In this document: positions 1-8,805 of the stretch, piece by piece | Numbering within the stretch: position 1 is the first letter of the stretch | Layout of the letters: each line of letters starts with the position of its first letter | Assembly (NCBI GenBank): GCA_965203255.1 | Contig: OZ241882.1 | Span: 5,391,436-5,455,435, forward strand | Reading direction: 5' to 3' | DNA: 64,000 nt | Origin: Paracoccaceae bacterium | GTDB taxonomy: Bacteria; Pseudomonadota; Alphaproteobacteria; Rhodobacterales; Rhodobacteraceae | Program-made: the position numbers and the translations under genes | Notes under the pieces: generated by a model | Seen by the model: the letters and a program-made list of their open reading frames with translations, nothing else | The model's database searches: none | Told to the model about the DNA's origin: nothing

Positions 1-259
1 CGGGCTTGCTGGCTTCATGATCGGGATGACCCGCACGTTTCAGCCCTTTGACGGGCCGCAATTCATCCTCATTGCATTTGGCGTGGTCATTGTTGGAGGC
101 ATGAATTCTATCACAGGGAGCCTGATAGGCGGAATCCTCCTGGGAATCGTTCAGGTTCTTGCGGGCACGTATTTCGGACCATCGGCGCAGTTGGTTGGCG
201 GCTATATGCTCGTGCTGGCAGTGCTGGCCTTCTTCCGGGAAGGTCTGTTCTCACGATGA
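1..259 (+). CDS. Branched-chain amino acid ABC transporter permease (LivH-like), C-terminal fragment entering from upstream of the window
   Basis: Translation ...VVIVGGMNSITGSLIGGILLGIVQVLAGTYFGP... matches the conserved C-terminus of LivH-type permeases. The stop overlaps the next start (ATGA at 256-259). Confidence 0.7.
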   Translation, partial: GLAGFMIGMTRTFQPFDGPQFILIAFGVVIVGGMNSITGSLIGGILLGIVQVLAGTYFGPSAQLVGGYMLVLAVLAFFREGLFSR

Positions 260-2187
260 CACTTGGGCGCTTTCTAAATCAGATTGCTGACAAATCGGTT
301 TCGGGCTGGCTTTTGGTCGCGCTCCTAGTGATCCTCGTCCTATTTCCGTGGGCTGCGGGCGAGGCGGGACGATACTATACCTTCCTGCTGATGACAATCT
401 TCATCTTTGCCACATTGGGCCACGCATGGAACCTGTTAGCAGGGTTCTGCGGGCTTCTGTCCTTTGGCATTCAAGTCTATGTAGGATTGGCAGGGTTCAC
501 TGTTGCAATCCTGGTCTATTATGTGAATGTCCCCGTCTGGTGGGCGATGATCCTGAGCATCATTCCGACAACAGCCTTTGCCTGGCTGCTTGCTGCTCCG
601 ATTTCAGAGCGCTTTGCGCGCCGGAATACCTGGATTGGCGTGATTGTAGCTGCCATCCTCTGGATCGTCTACGAAGTCATCATCGCATATAGCCCTAATG
701 CCGATCTGTTCGGCAGCACCTATATCCGACGGGTCATATTTTTGTTCGCCATTTTTCTGGGGGCGCTTCCACTATTGAAGCTTCAGGGAGCTTACTTCGC
801 TGTCGCAACTTGGCTGGTCGCCGCAGCTGTCGCATCGATCTTCAATGAGTGGCAGGTTGTTGGCGCCGGTGGCGGCATGAATATTGCCAATCAAACCTCG
901 ATGATGGGTCGCTACTATGCTGGGCTTGCTCTGCTGATCGTGGCAACAGCGGTGGTCTGGTGGTTACTGCGCAGCAGATTTGGGCAGGCCCTGACCGCCG
1001 TCCGTGACGATGAAGAGGCTGCGACGGCGATTGGCATCGACATCCGCCGGATCAAGACCATGGTGTTCCTGATTTCGGCTCCAATGGCCGGACTATCTGC
1101 GGCGCTGTACTATATCGACGCAGTGACGATCACGCCGCCAGATGCATTCCATATCCGTTGGTCGGCTTATGCGGTGTTCATCGTGGTTGCGGGCGGTATG
1201 GGGACGCTATCAGGGCCCCTCTTGGGCGCGATCGCCTTTATCGTCGTGCAGCGCTTCCTCGTTGCGATATGGGGTGGCGGCGATCTGACGCTGGGCATTG
1301 CGGCGGTGCTGTTGATCCTTCTCTTGCCGCGCGGGATTGCAGGGTTCTTGGCTGATCTGCGCGATAGAGCATCCATCGCGGAACCGAAGCCGACCGCAAT
1401 CGACTTGACTTCCCAAAACACCGAGGGTCGCATCGTAGTGGCAGGTTTGGTGCCATCCAGCCCAGCTTTGAAGCTGGTTCCTGGAACACCCGCCTGGAAG
1501 GGGTTGCGGGACGCGGTGGCTAAGCTCCGCTCTCGTATAGCCGAAGCGCAACCGGACGCGATCGTCCTGCTGGGCTACGCGCCCGTTATGCCGGTTGTCG
1601 GAAAGCCCGCAGCGAGATTGACCGGAGCCTTGCGCGACTCAAGCGTTTCCACGCTCGGCGATATCACAGTCGATGTGAGACTGGATGTCGCTCTAGGGGA
1701 TCACCTCAAAGCTGCCGGTTTTGAGGTGCATCAGCCGGCGCAGGTCGAGGACTTGAATGATGTTGGCGCAATGGCAGCTCTGGCGCAACTCGATCCTCAG
1801 CGACGATTTCCCGTCATCCTGATCGGTGCTGGTCAGGGGGATCCGCTCGGTCTGGAACAAGCGATCCGTGCCACTGGCCGCCGTGTTGCAGTGCTGGCTG
1901 TCAGCGGCTTATCTGGTTCAGCCCGCACGCCCAACCTCAATTTCGGAGCGGGAAACCTGTATTCCGCAGAGCACGATCAGATCAACCGAAGGATATTGGG
2001 CGGCTTCCAAACAGGAAGAGGCGTGGATTTCCGATCACTGGCGGGGACGGGCGAAATCGAACAGGGCGGCGCAGTGCTGGCCTTTGCATTTGGGCTCGCG
2101 TCAAAGCCGGCTGAAATCCTTAGCTATGGTGCGATCTTTGGCGCTGGCGCCGCGGTAATTGATATCCCGGTGGAGACGACATCTTGA
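256..2187 (+). CDS. LivM-like branched-chain amino acid ABC permease carrying an extra ~270-aa soluble C-terminal domain
   Basis: The first ~365 aa are multi-TM and LivM-like (FGIQVYVGLAGF, LSGPLLGAIAFIVVQRFL, LLLPRGIAGF). Residues ~380-643 are non-membrane (GRIVVAGLVPSSPAL, DAIVLLGYAP, VAVLAVSGLSG) and have no Walker motifs. Confidence 0.7.
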   Translation: MTLGRFLNQIADKSVSGWLLVALLVILVLFPWAAGEAGRYYTFLLMTIFIFATLGHAWNLLAGFCGLLSFGIQVYVGLAGFTVAILVYYVNVPVWWAMILSIIPTTAFAWLLAAPISERFARRNTWIGVIVAAILWIVYEVIIAYSPNADLFGSTYIRRVIFLFAIFLGALPLLKLQGAYFAVATWLVAAAVASIFNEWQVVGAGGGMNIANQTSMMGRYYAGLALLIVATAVVWWLLRSRFGQALTAVRDDEEAATAIGIDIRRIKTMVFLISAPMAGLSAALYYIDAVTITPPDAFHIRWSAYAVFIVVAGGMGTLSGPLLGAIAFIVVQRFLVAIWGGGDLTLGIAAVLLILLLPRGIAGFLADLRDRASIAEPKPTAIDLTSQNTEGRIVVAGLVPSSPALKLVPGTPAWKGLRDAVAKLRSRIAEAQPDAIVLLGYAPVMPVVGKPAARLTGALRDSSVSTLGDITVDVRLDVALGDHLKAAGFEVHQPAQVEDLNDVGAMAALAQLDPQRRFPVILIGAGQGDPLGLEQAIRATGRRVAVLAVSGLSGSARTPNLNFGAGNLYSAEHDQINRRILGGFQTGRGVDFRSLAGTGEIEQGGAVLAFAFGLASKPAEILSYGAIFGAGAAVIDIPVETTS

Positions 2188-3644
2188 GTGATATCCTAAA
2201 CTTTATTGATGGTGCCTATGCTACGGGGTCAGAGGGTCGTTGGTTTGAGAACATCAACCCATGCACCGGTAAGGCACATGCCCGTGTGTCCGAGGCCAGC
2301 GCCCATGATGTGGACCGTGCCGTGCGTGCAGCGCGTGCAGCACTGACCGGACCTTGGGCGAGACTGACACGCAAGAACCGTACCGATATGATCCGCTCAA
2401 TTGCCGATGAGATCGAAAGGCGCGCGACAGAGTTTCTTGAGGCTGAGGTGGCCGATACTGGCAAGCCGTATTCACTGGCGAGCAAAGTTGACATTCCTCG
2501 GGGAGCCGCAAACTTTCGCGTTTTTGCCGATATTCTGGCGAATCTGTCCGAGCAGGCGTTCCCGATGGATACGCCTGACGGCGCACGGGCATTGAATTAC
2601 ACATCACGTCGTCCCAAAGGCGTGATCGGCATCATAAGTCCCTGGAACCTGCCTCTTCTGCTGATGACCTGGAAGGTCGCACCCGCCTTGGCCTGCGGCA
2701 ACACCGTGGTAGCCAAACCCTCTGAAGAAACGCCTTCGACGTGCACAATGCTGGGTGAGGTAATGAACGCCGTTGGCGTGCCGCGCGGCGTCTTCAATGT
2801 GGTTCATGGCTTTGGCTCCAGCTCTACGGGAGAAGCCCTGACCATGCACTCCGGCGTGGATGCGATTACCTTCACTGGCGAAACCCGCACTGGAGAGGAA
2901 ATTATGAAGGCCGCGGCGAGTGGCACGCGCGACATTTCCTCGGAACTCGGTGGCAAGAACGCCGGGATTGTTTTTGCTGATTGCAATCTGGACAAGGCTG
3001 TGGCGGGCAGCCTTAGGTCGGCCTTTACGAATTGTGGTCAGATTTGCCTCTGTACTGAGCGGCTCTATGTCGAGCGCCCGATTTTCGACGCCTTTGTCGC
3101 AAAGATGAAGGAAGGTGCCGAAGCTCTGATGCCTGGAAGCCCCTCCGATGCGACGACGGGGATCGGTCCGCTCATCTCGGCGGAACATCGCAACAAGGTC
3201 GTGGGCTACTTTGAAAAGGCATGTGCGGCCAGAGCGACGGTTGTAACTGGCGGCGAGTGTCTCGAACTGACGGGCGATATGGCAGGTGGGTTCTGGGTTC
3301 GTCCGACCATTTGGACTGGACTCTCTGAAGACAGTACACCAATGCGTGAAGAGATCTTTGGCCCGGTTTGCCACATCGCGCCGTTTGACAGCGAAGACGA
3401 AGTCATTCGTATGGCCAACAACACTCCCTATGGACTGGCAGCGACCCTCTGGACCGAGAACCTCAGCCGTGCACATCGTGTGGCGCCCAAACTTGAGGTT
3501 GGAATTGTCTGGGTCAACTGCTGGAATCTGCGCGACCTGCGAACACCCTTTGGCGGTGCGAAACAATCAGGAATCGGGCGGGAAGGCGGCGAATACTCAC
3601 TCGAATTCTACACAGAACTTTCCAGCATCTGTATCAGCGTCTAA
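2184..3644 (+). CDS. NAD(P)-dependent aldehyde dehydrogenase (hydroxy-/amino-muconic semialdehyde dehydrogenase-like)
   Basis: 486 aa with ALDH signatures ELGGKN, FTNCGQICLCTERLYV (catalytic Cys) and EEIFGPV. The TTG start overlaps the upstream stop. Confidence 0.9.
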   Translation: MSDILNFIDGAYATGSEGRWFENINPCTGKAHARVSEASAHDVDRAVRAARAALTGPWARLTRKNRTDMIRSIADEIERRATEFLEAEVADTGKPYSLASKVDIPRGAANFRVFADILANLSEQAFPMDTPDGARALNYTSRRPKGVIGIISPWNLPLLLMTWKVAPALACGNTVVAKPSEETPSTCTMLGEVMNAVGVPRGVFNVVHGFGSSSTGEALTMHSGVDAITFTGETRTGEEIMKAAASGTRDISSELGGKNAGIVFADCNLDKAVAGSLRSAFTNCGQICLCTERLYVERPIFDAFVAKMKEGAEALMPGSPSDATTGIGPLISAEHRNKVVGYFEKACAARATVVTGGECLELTGDMAGGFWVRPTIWTGLSEDSTPMREEIFGPVCHIAPFDSEDEVIRMANNTPYGLAATLWTENLSRAHRVAPKLEVGIVWVNCWNLRDLRTPFGGAKQSGIGREGGEYSLEFYTELSSICISV

Positions 3645-4150
3645 TGCTGAGAGAGTTGGACACAGGGTGCAAAACGATGAACGCTATTGACAGACGAATT
3701 GCAGATTATGGACTGGACCTGCCGGAACTGCAGCCACCACTTGCCGCGCTGCTCGTGCCAACGCGCCTGCTTGGACGGCGTTTGATTGTTTCGGCCCAAC
3801 TTCCAAAATTGAATAACAAAGTGGTCTACACCGGTCGACTTGGAGAAACCGTCGATTTGGCAACTGGTTGTGCAGCCACCCGACTCTGTGCACTGAACGT
3901 GCTGGCGCAGGCACGCGCCGCACTTGATGGCGATCTGGGTCGAGTGGAAGCAATTGCGCAAGTCCGGGGTTATGTCAGCGTTGCACCGGGGTTCGATCGG
4001 ATTGCAGAGGTGGTAAACGGCGCATCGCAGGTTATGTTAGATATATTTGGGGAAGAGATCGGTGCCCATTGTCGAACATCGATCGGCGCTGCCAACATGC
4101 CCTTTAACGCCACCGCTGAAGTCGAGGCTGAATTTTTTTTGCGTGCCTGA
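3644..4150 (+). CDS. RidA/YjgF family protein (possible enamine/imine or aminomuconate deaminase)
   Basis: The length and C-terminal pattern RTSIGAANMPFNATAEVEAEF are typical of RidA-fold proteins. TAATG junction with the ALDH gene. The true start may be the ATG at 3677 (MNAIDRR). Confidence 0.75.
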   Translation: MLRELDTGCKTMNAIDRRIADYGLDLPELQPPLAALLVPTRLLGRRLIVSAQLPKLNNKVVYTGRLGETVDLATGCAATRLCALNVLAQARAALDGDLGRVEAIAQVRGYVSVAPGFDRIAEVVNGASQVMLDIFGEEIGAHCRTSIGAANMPFNATAEVEAEFFLRA

Positions 4151-4325
4151 TTTCCTGTTGAATTGGATTTGTCCTTCAAGACTCAGGTCGCAGGTCCAGC
4201 AAGAGCTTCGTCGGCAGTCCATGAATGGGTTTTCCGCTCTGCAATGTGTTGATATTGAATGCTTTCAAGCAACCTCAAGATCGGGTATATGGTCATCTTG
4301 ACCCGACCATTTCAAGCAAATGGGG

Positions 4326-4440
4326 CAAATTAAGGGGATTATATACTTAACTGAACACGCAACAAATTATGGTAATAATGACAGTTTTGAACAACAACGC
4401 GTTGTATTCAATTTGGTTAAGTATATAATCCCCCAAATTA
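4326..4440. repeat. AT-rich nested palindrome
   Basis: GGGGATTATATACTTAAC (4334-4351) is the exact reverse complement of 4416-4433. An inner 12-bp palindrome ACAACGCGTTGT sits in the loop. Confidence 0.6.
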
Positions 4441-4446
4441 AACATT

Positions 4447-4506
4447 GCCAGCCCGTGAACGCATGGCAGTTGTTTAGGGATTGCCAGAAGTGTTCACAGG
4501 GAAAGG
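4447..4506 (+). repeat. Copy A of a ~60-bp direct repeat (probable solo IS1595-family terminal sequence)
   Basis: gcca.cccgtg..cgcatggca..tgttt.agggattgc..gaagtgttca.agggaaag aligns at roughly 85% identity by eye with 6928-6990. Confidence 0.55.
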
Positions 4507-4669
4507 CTTATCCCTTTGACTACGGCACCGCAACATGCTGTGCCGGCGGTCTGACGGCCGGTTTCCCGGATTCCGGCGGAATCCGGGCCGCCGCCGCCAC
4601 GCGGCGGTCCGTCCGGAGCCGGAAGGATCGGGATTCGGGGGGACTGGGGGTCGGCGCCGCGGGCCGGAG

Positions 4670-4932
4670 CCTTTCAACTGGACACTGTTAACTCGACGCT
4701 GGCCTAGCCGCGCATTGCCGGATCATGTCCGAGGCAGCGAAAGGAACGGATATCCGTCCCGGATATTCCGTGATTCCAGCATGGGCTGACGTTCCGGCGG
4801 CATGGATCCGGTGAATTGCGTGGTCCTGGCTGTGAATTCCGGACCGGTTCGGCCCAGCCCGGCCGGTTCCTGTGGACTGGGCCGCCCGTGTACACGAAAG
4901 GGACATCGAGTTAACAGTGTCCAGTTGAAAGG
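4670..4932. repeat. Perfect 27-bp inverted repeat enclosing 209 bp, inside a GC-rich block (~4527-5030)
   Basis: CCTTTCAACTGGACACTGTTAACTCGA (4670-4696) is the exact reverse complement of 4906-4932. Confidence 0.8.
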
Positions 4933-5164
4933 GACGGGGCGGAGTCTGGGTGTGGGCCCGCGGACGTCAGGCTGCCGCGTCAGTGAGGTCGCGGTAAGTG
5001 GCGGGCGGCAGCCCGATGCCGTAGAAAAACAATGACTTATGAGTCAAACTCTAAGTTCAATCGCGTGACCTTCTGCGGACTGGCCATTCTGCCGGCCTAG
5101 GCCACTCGCTCGTGACGATTCGATTTGGGTCCGGCCCCAGGGGCCGGAATCGCAGAGGACATCC

Positions 5165-5755
5165 TCAGCTCATGTCGTACACGTCCGTCCAGCTTGCGCC
5201 CGCCTCGGCACTTGTCGCCTGCCGTTCAAAGGGATCCCTTTGAATGTTCCGACCTGCAGCTGAGAGTTCCATATGAAGAGCCTCAGCCGAAGGAATCACG
5301 CCCATCCGTTCCATGCCAATCAGAAACGACCAAGTCGTGATCTTCGCTATGCGCGGGCCGAAATCCATGCTCTTGACCTGATTGTCCTCGAACAGCAAGA
5401 GCCCGTAATCCGAGGCTCCCAGGGTATCTCTCAGGGTGTTCGAAAACTGCCAGATGGATGTTTCCCCGGCATCCTTGATCCGTTTGCGGAGGGACTGTTG
5501 ATCCGGGGGCAGAGCATTCCAAAGCAGGCCGATGCTCGTTTCGATTTTCTGGATCCTGTTGCCACCCTTATGGAACCAATCACTGAAAATCATCGCGTCA
5601 GGGGCCCCCGGCATTCCCCGCAAGACCTCGTCCACAACCATGTCCGTGATCACGACAGGACAATTGAAGCGATCAAGAAGATCCAACCGATCTATTCTGC
5701 CCAGGGATATAAGCGGGCCGCTGTCAGGAATCGCCAGCTGAAGAGCCACCGCCAA
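5165..5755 (-). CDS. PIN-like (DUF3368-type) toxin candidate
   Basis: The N-terminus IPDSGPLISLGRIDRLDLLDRFNCPVVITDMVVDEV matches the DUF3368/PIN consensus (SGPLIxLxxIxxLdLL...iP..V..E). It overlaps the upstream small ORF. Confidence 0.6.
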   Translation of the reverse strand: MAVALQLAIPDSGPLISLGRIDRLDLLDRFNCPVVITDMVVDEVLRGMPGAPDAMIFSDWFHKGGNRIQKIETSIGLLWNALPPDQQSLRKRIKDAGETSIWQFSNTLRDTLGASDYGLLLFEDNQVKSMDFGPRIAKITTWSFLIGMERMGVIPSAEALHMELSAAGRNIQRDPFERQATSAEAGASWTDVYDMS

Positions 5756-5975
5756 CCGTCTCCATCATCCTTAGGATCGGCATTGCCACTTCAAGCTCCG
5801 CCTCGACCTGCGCCCAGGACGGCTTCGGGGGCGCGATGCCACGGTCCGCCAAGGCATTCAGAAGTTCCGAGTAGGATTCCATGTGCAGGTTCTGCATTGT
5901 TTCTTCACGAGAAGTCTCTCCCGCAACGAAACTGTCGATAACCTGTGTGGTGGTCAGCAAGGTCTCCATCTCCAA
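5724..5975 (-). CDS. UPF0175-like antitoxin candidate
   Basis: 83-aa ORF immediately upstream of, and overlapping, the PIN-like gene. The C-terminal SYSELLNALADRGIAPP resembles the UPF0175 HTH tail. Confidence 0.45.
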   Translation of the reverse strand: MEMETLLTTTQVIDSFVAGETSREETMQNLHMESYSELLNALADRGIAPPKPSWAQVEAELEVAMPILRMMETVGGGSSAGDS

Positions 5976-6927
5976 TTCTGCCTTGGGCCGTATAGCAACT
6001 TCCGGTTCGCCAAGGAAGAGACAAAGAGCATTCCGGCGAGAGATGGCGGAGCGAATTCCAGAAGGCCATCGGTTGGATGCAGCGATTGAAACCAGTGGCG
6101 CGGGTGCTTGAAAACGGATTCAGGCGTTCATTGACGGGGCCTTGCGGACCGGATTTCTCAAGGCTGGCGCAGACGGATTTGGCCGCGAGGGCAAGGGTGC
6201 TGGGGATCATGGTCAAAGCCAGAATGAAGCTGGCGGAGGCCATAGAGATATGTTCGCTATCCCGGATATCCGCTTCCACGACAGGCAGCACTGGACGGCT
6301 TTGGAACCGACCGACGCCAGGAGATGTCTTCGAACACTCGCGGCCATCGCGTTGATGCTGGAACGGTATTTCGAAGCAGTCACCGGATGAGCCTCATCGA
6401 AGACGGCCAGCGATACCCGATCAGTCGGGCGGAGCGAATCATTCTCGGTAGCCACTTCCAATGCAGCTATCTTGCCGAAATTGACAACGACAGACCCGTT
6501 CCTCTCATTCGCCGGATTGGATCGTTTGGTTTCCCAATGCTGCCAGAGACCGGCTTCCGAAATCCCTGTCGCCAGAGTTCTCCAACAATCATCGAGTTCA
6601 TTAGTGCTTGATTGAACGGCTTGAGGTTATCAACAAACAAAGCCATTCTTGAGAGTCCCTTGCCTTGGCTTTGGGAGCGACAACCTACCGGAACAGGCTC
6701 CGGCATGCCCAGCGGGCCAGGCGGTATGGTGCGGCCGTGAGAAAGTTGCGCAATAGGGCTGATGTGAATCGGGTGGTGAAGTCGAATCACGATTTGCAAA
6801 TTGCGGACGGGAATCATATGTCCACAGCACAAAGAGAGGAGACGGATATGAGCGTCGCCTCTGACTGGATCATGTTGGCAGGGATTGTCGCAGTCCTGAT
6901 CTGTCTTTGGAACTTGCATTGAGACAT

Positions 6928-8090
6928 GGCCAACCCGTGTATACGCATGGCACGTGTTTGAGGGATTGCTGAAGTGTTCATAGGGAAAGCAAGGCAGAAG
7001 GAAAGCCAATGAACCGTGGAGTTCCTATGCGTGGTCAAAAGCGCGACCTGAAGGGTGCGACGCCAGAAAGGCTGGCCCCCTGCGCAATTCCATACGACTT
7101 TGCCCGGAAGCAGCCCGTTGCAGGCGGCAGGAGCGCGATGCAGGATGTTGCGCCCCCAACGCTTGCGACGGTACTGTGCCGCGGGCCAAGCGAGTCTGAA
7201 CTTCTGATGTTGCGCCTGCCCTCAAGCACCGAAACTGGTGCTGAAGGTGCTTCGGGGAAACCTTGTCGAAGGGGTCCTTTTGGGTGCGGTTCAGCATGGT
7301 CCAGAGGGACTGGAGGCCGTTCGTGTGAGTCAAGCCGCTGAGACATTCGCTGACCGGGTGCCCGACCATCTCGTGAGGGTTTGGGATGCTGTCGTAGACT
7401 GCCATGTCGTCTGTATGGATCACTGTGTCGAGATTCGTGACGTTGTCCGGGTAGCCTTGCGGCTTAGCCTTGTCAGTGGTCGTGACGATCTTCGGTCTGA
7501 CCTTGTTGTTCGCCCGATTCTTCGCGCCGACAACGGCGGTCATGTCCCTGATGCCGCGACCTTCTCGCCACCCGCGTTTGGCGTTCGACCTGTTCCGACG
7601 CTTACCGTCCATGTGCGTCTCGTCGACTTCCTCCGGGCAGTCAGACAGTCCGTCGCCTCCATCACATTCCCGCGCTTCTCAAATTTGGTGCATCATGAGC
7701 CATGTGCTGAACTAGCTGATGCCAAGGTCGCAGCGCAGCCTTATGCAAGAAACCAACATCGGGATGCTGATGCGAAGGTAGATGGCGCTGGTCCTCTAGC
7801 CCATAGTTACGCTGAACCGGGCCATCGGCATATAGGCGTGGACTCTGAACCAGGACCGGCGTTAGGTACACCATTAGAGCATGGTATTGGTGTTCGGAAC
7901 CCGGCGGGTGCTGACGCTTCCGCACCTGCAGCAGGACAGTTGGTCATCCAAACAGATGCACTTCTCGAACCACTTGTTGGCCACTCCGTCCGTGGGAAGC
8001 ATGTCCTTCACCCGGGCGATGGGGAGTCATTCCCAGCGGGACTTTCCCGGGACTGGCTGCGGCATTGCGAATCTGTGTTGGAGCTGCGGA
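6928..8090 (-). mobile_element. Decayed IS1595 (ISXO2-like) family insertion sequence, approximate bounds
   Basis: Repeat copy B (6928-6990) sits just 3' of a broken IS1595-type transposase. A weak match to its reverse complement lies near 8040-8085, so the bounds are uncertain. Confidence 0.5.
7025..7925 (-). pseudogene. IS1595-family DDE transposase, degenerate
   Basis: The 7025-7612 frame reads MDGKRRNRSNAKRG..GR...TAVVGAKNRANNKV.PKIV.TTDK...QG......VIHTDD.AVYD....HE.V.H.....THTNG.QSLW..L.R.....KVSPKHL, which is the ISXO2-like core. The N-terminal part survives only as broken frames (7662-7925). Confidence 0.6.
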
Positions 8091-8118
8091 GAGGAACGCG
8101 GGTCCCGTCCATTCATGA

Positions 8119-8793
8119 TTGTGTTTGCCAATGAAAATGTGGGTTGTTCCCCTCGGCTTTGGCATCGTTGGTTGCGCAGTCTTGGTGTCGCTCGGAATTT
8201 GGCAGTTGCAACGGCTTGCGTGGAAGGAAGGCGTGCTTGCGCGGATCGAGGTTCAGATGGCCAGATCTCCAGTGCCGATCTTCAGCGAGCCATTCGAGGA
8301 ATTCATGCCTGTGGTCGCAGAAGGCAGGATCAGCGGACCCGAGGTCCATGTGCTTGCGTCGATCAGGCATACTGGTGCAGGATTCCGCATTGTGTCAGCC
8401 TTCGAGACCAAAGGTCGGAGGATACTTCTGGATCAAGGATTTGTTCCGCAGAACCTCAAGAATGCGCCCCGTTCGGAACGGGATGTACGGATAATTGGCA
8501 ATTTCCGCACAGTTGACGAGGTGGATCTCTTTACGCCTGAGCCTGATCTGGAGGCGAACTACTGGTTTGCCCGCGACATTCCTGCGCTGGCTGGTGTGCT
8601 TGGAACAGAGCCAATTCTGATAATCTTGAGGGAGATTTCTGAATCTCAACCGATGGTAACGCCGCTTCCGGTGGATACGGCTGGAATTCCAAACGATCAT
8701 CTGGGCTATGCGCTCACCTGGTTCGCCCTTGCCGCTGTCTGGGCAGGGATGACAGGCATTCTTCTTCGGCGTATTGGTCGGCGATCAGTTTGA
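8119..8793 (+). CDS. SURF1 family cytochrome oxidase assembly protein
   Basis: N-terminal TM followed by GIWQLQRLAWKEGVLARIE, and a C-terminal NDHLGYALTWFALAAVWAGM, both characteristic of SURF1. The start may be 8131. Confidence 0.85.
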   Translation: MCLPMKMWVVPLGFGIVGCAVLVSLGIWQLQRLAWKEGVLARIEVQMARSPVPIFSEPFEEFMPVVAEGRISGPEVHVLASIRHTGAGFRIVSAFETKGRRILLDQGFVPQNLKNAPRSERDVRIIGNFRTVDEVDLFTPEPDLEANYWFARDIPALAGVLGTEPILIILREISESQPMVTPLPVDTAGIPNDHLGYALTWFALAAVWAGMTGILLRRIGRRSV

Positions 8794-8805
8794 GGCGGCG
8801 AGGCC

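Noticed and set aside
348-1551. Several 60-115-aa ORFs inside or antisense to the LivM-like gene, and similar nested ORFs inside most long genes.
   Set aside because: They lie entirely within well-supported longer CDSs and have low-complexity translations.
6000-6900. Minus-strand fragment containing LAVFDEAH (a helicase/terminase Walker-B-like motif) and neighbouring ORFs 5905-6291, 6213-6461 and 6467-7009.
   Set aside because: A single short motif in broken frames is not enough to assign a family. It is probably decayed mobile or phage debris.
7238-8134. 298-aa plus-strand ORF.
   Set aside because: It is antisense to the recognisable IS1595 transposase remnant, and its translation is not protein-like.
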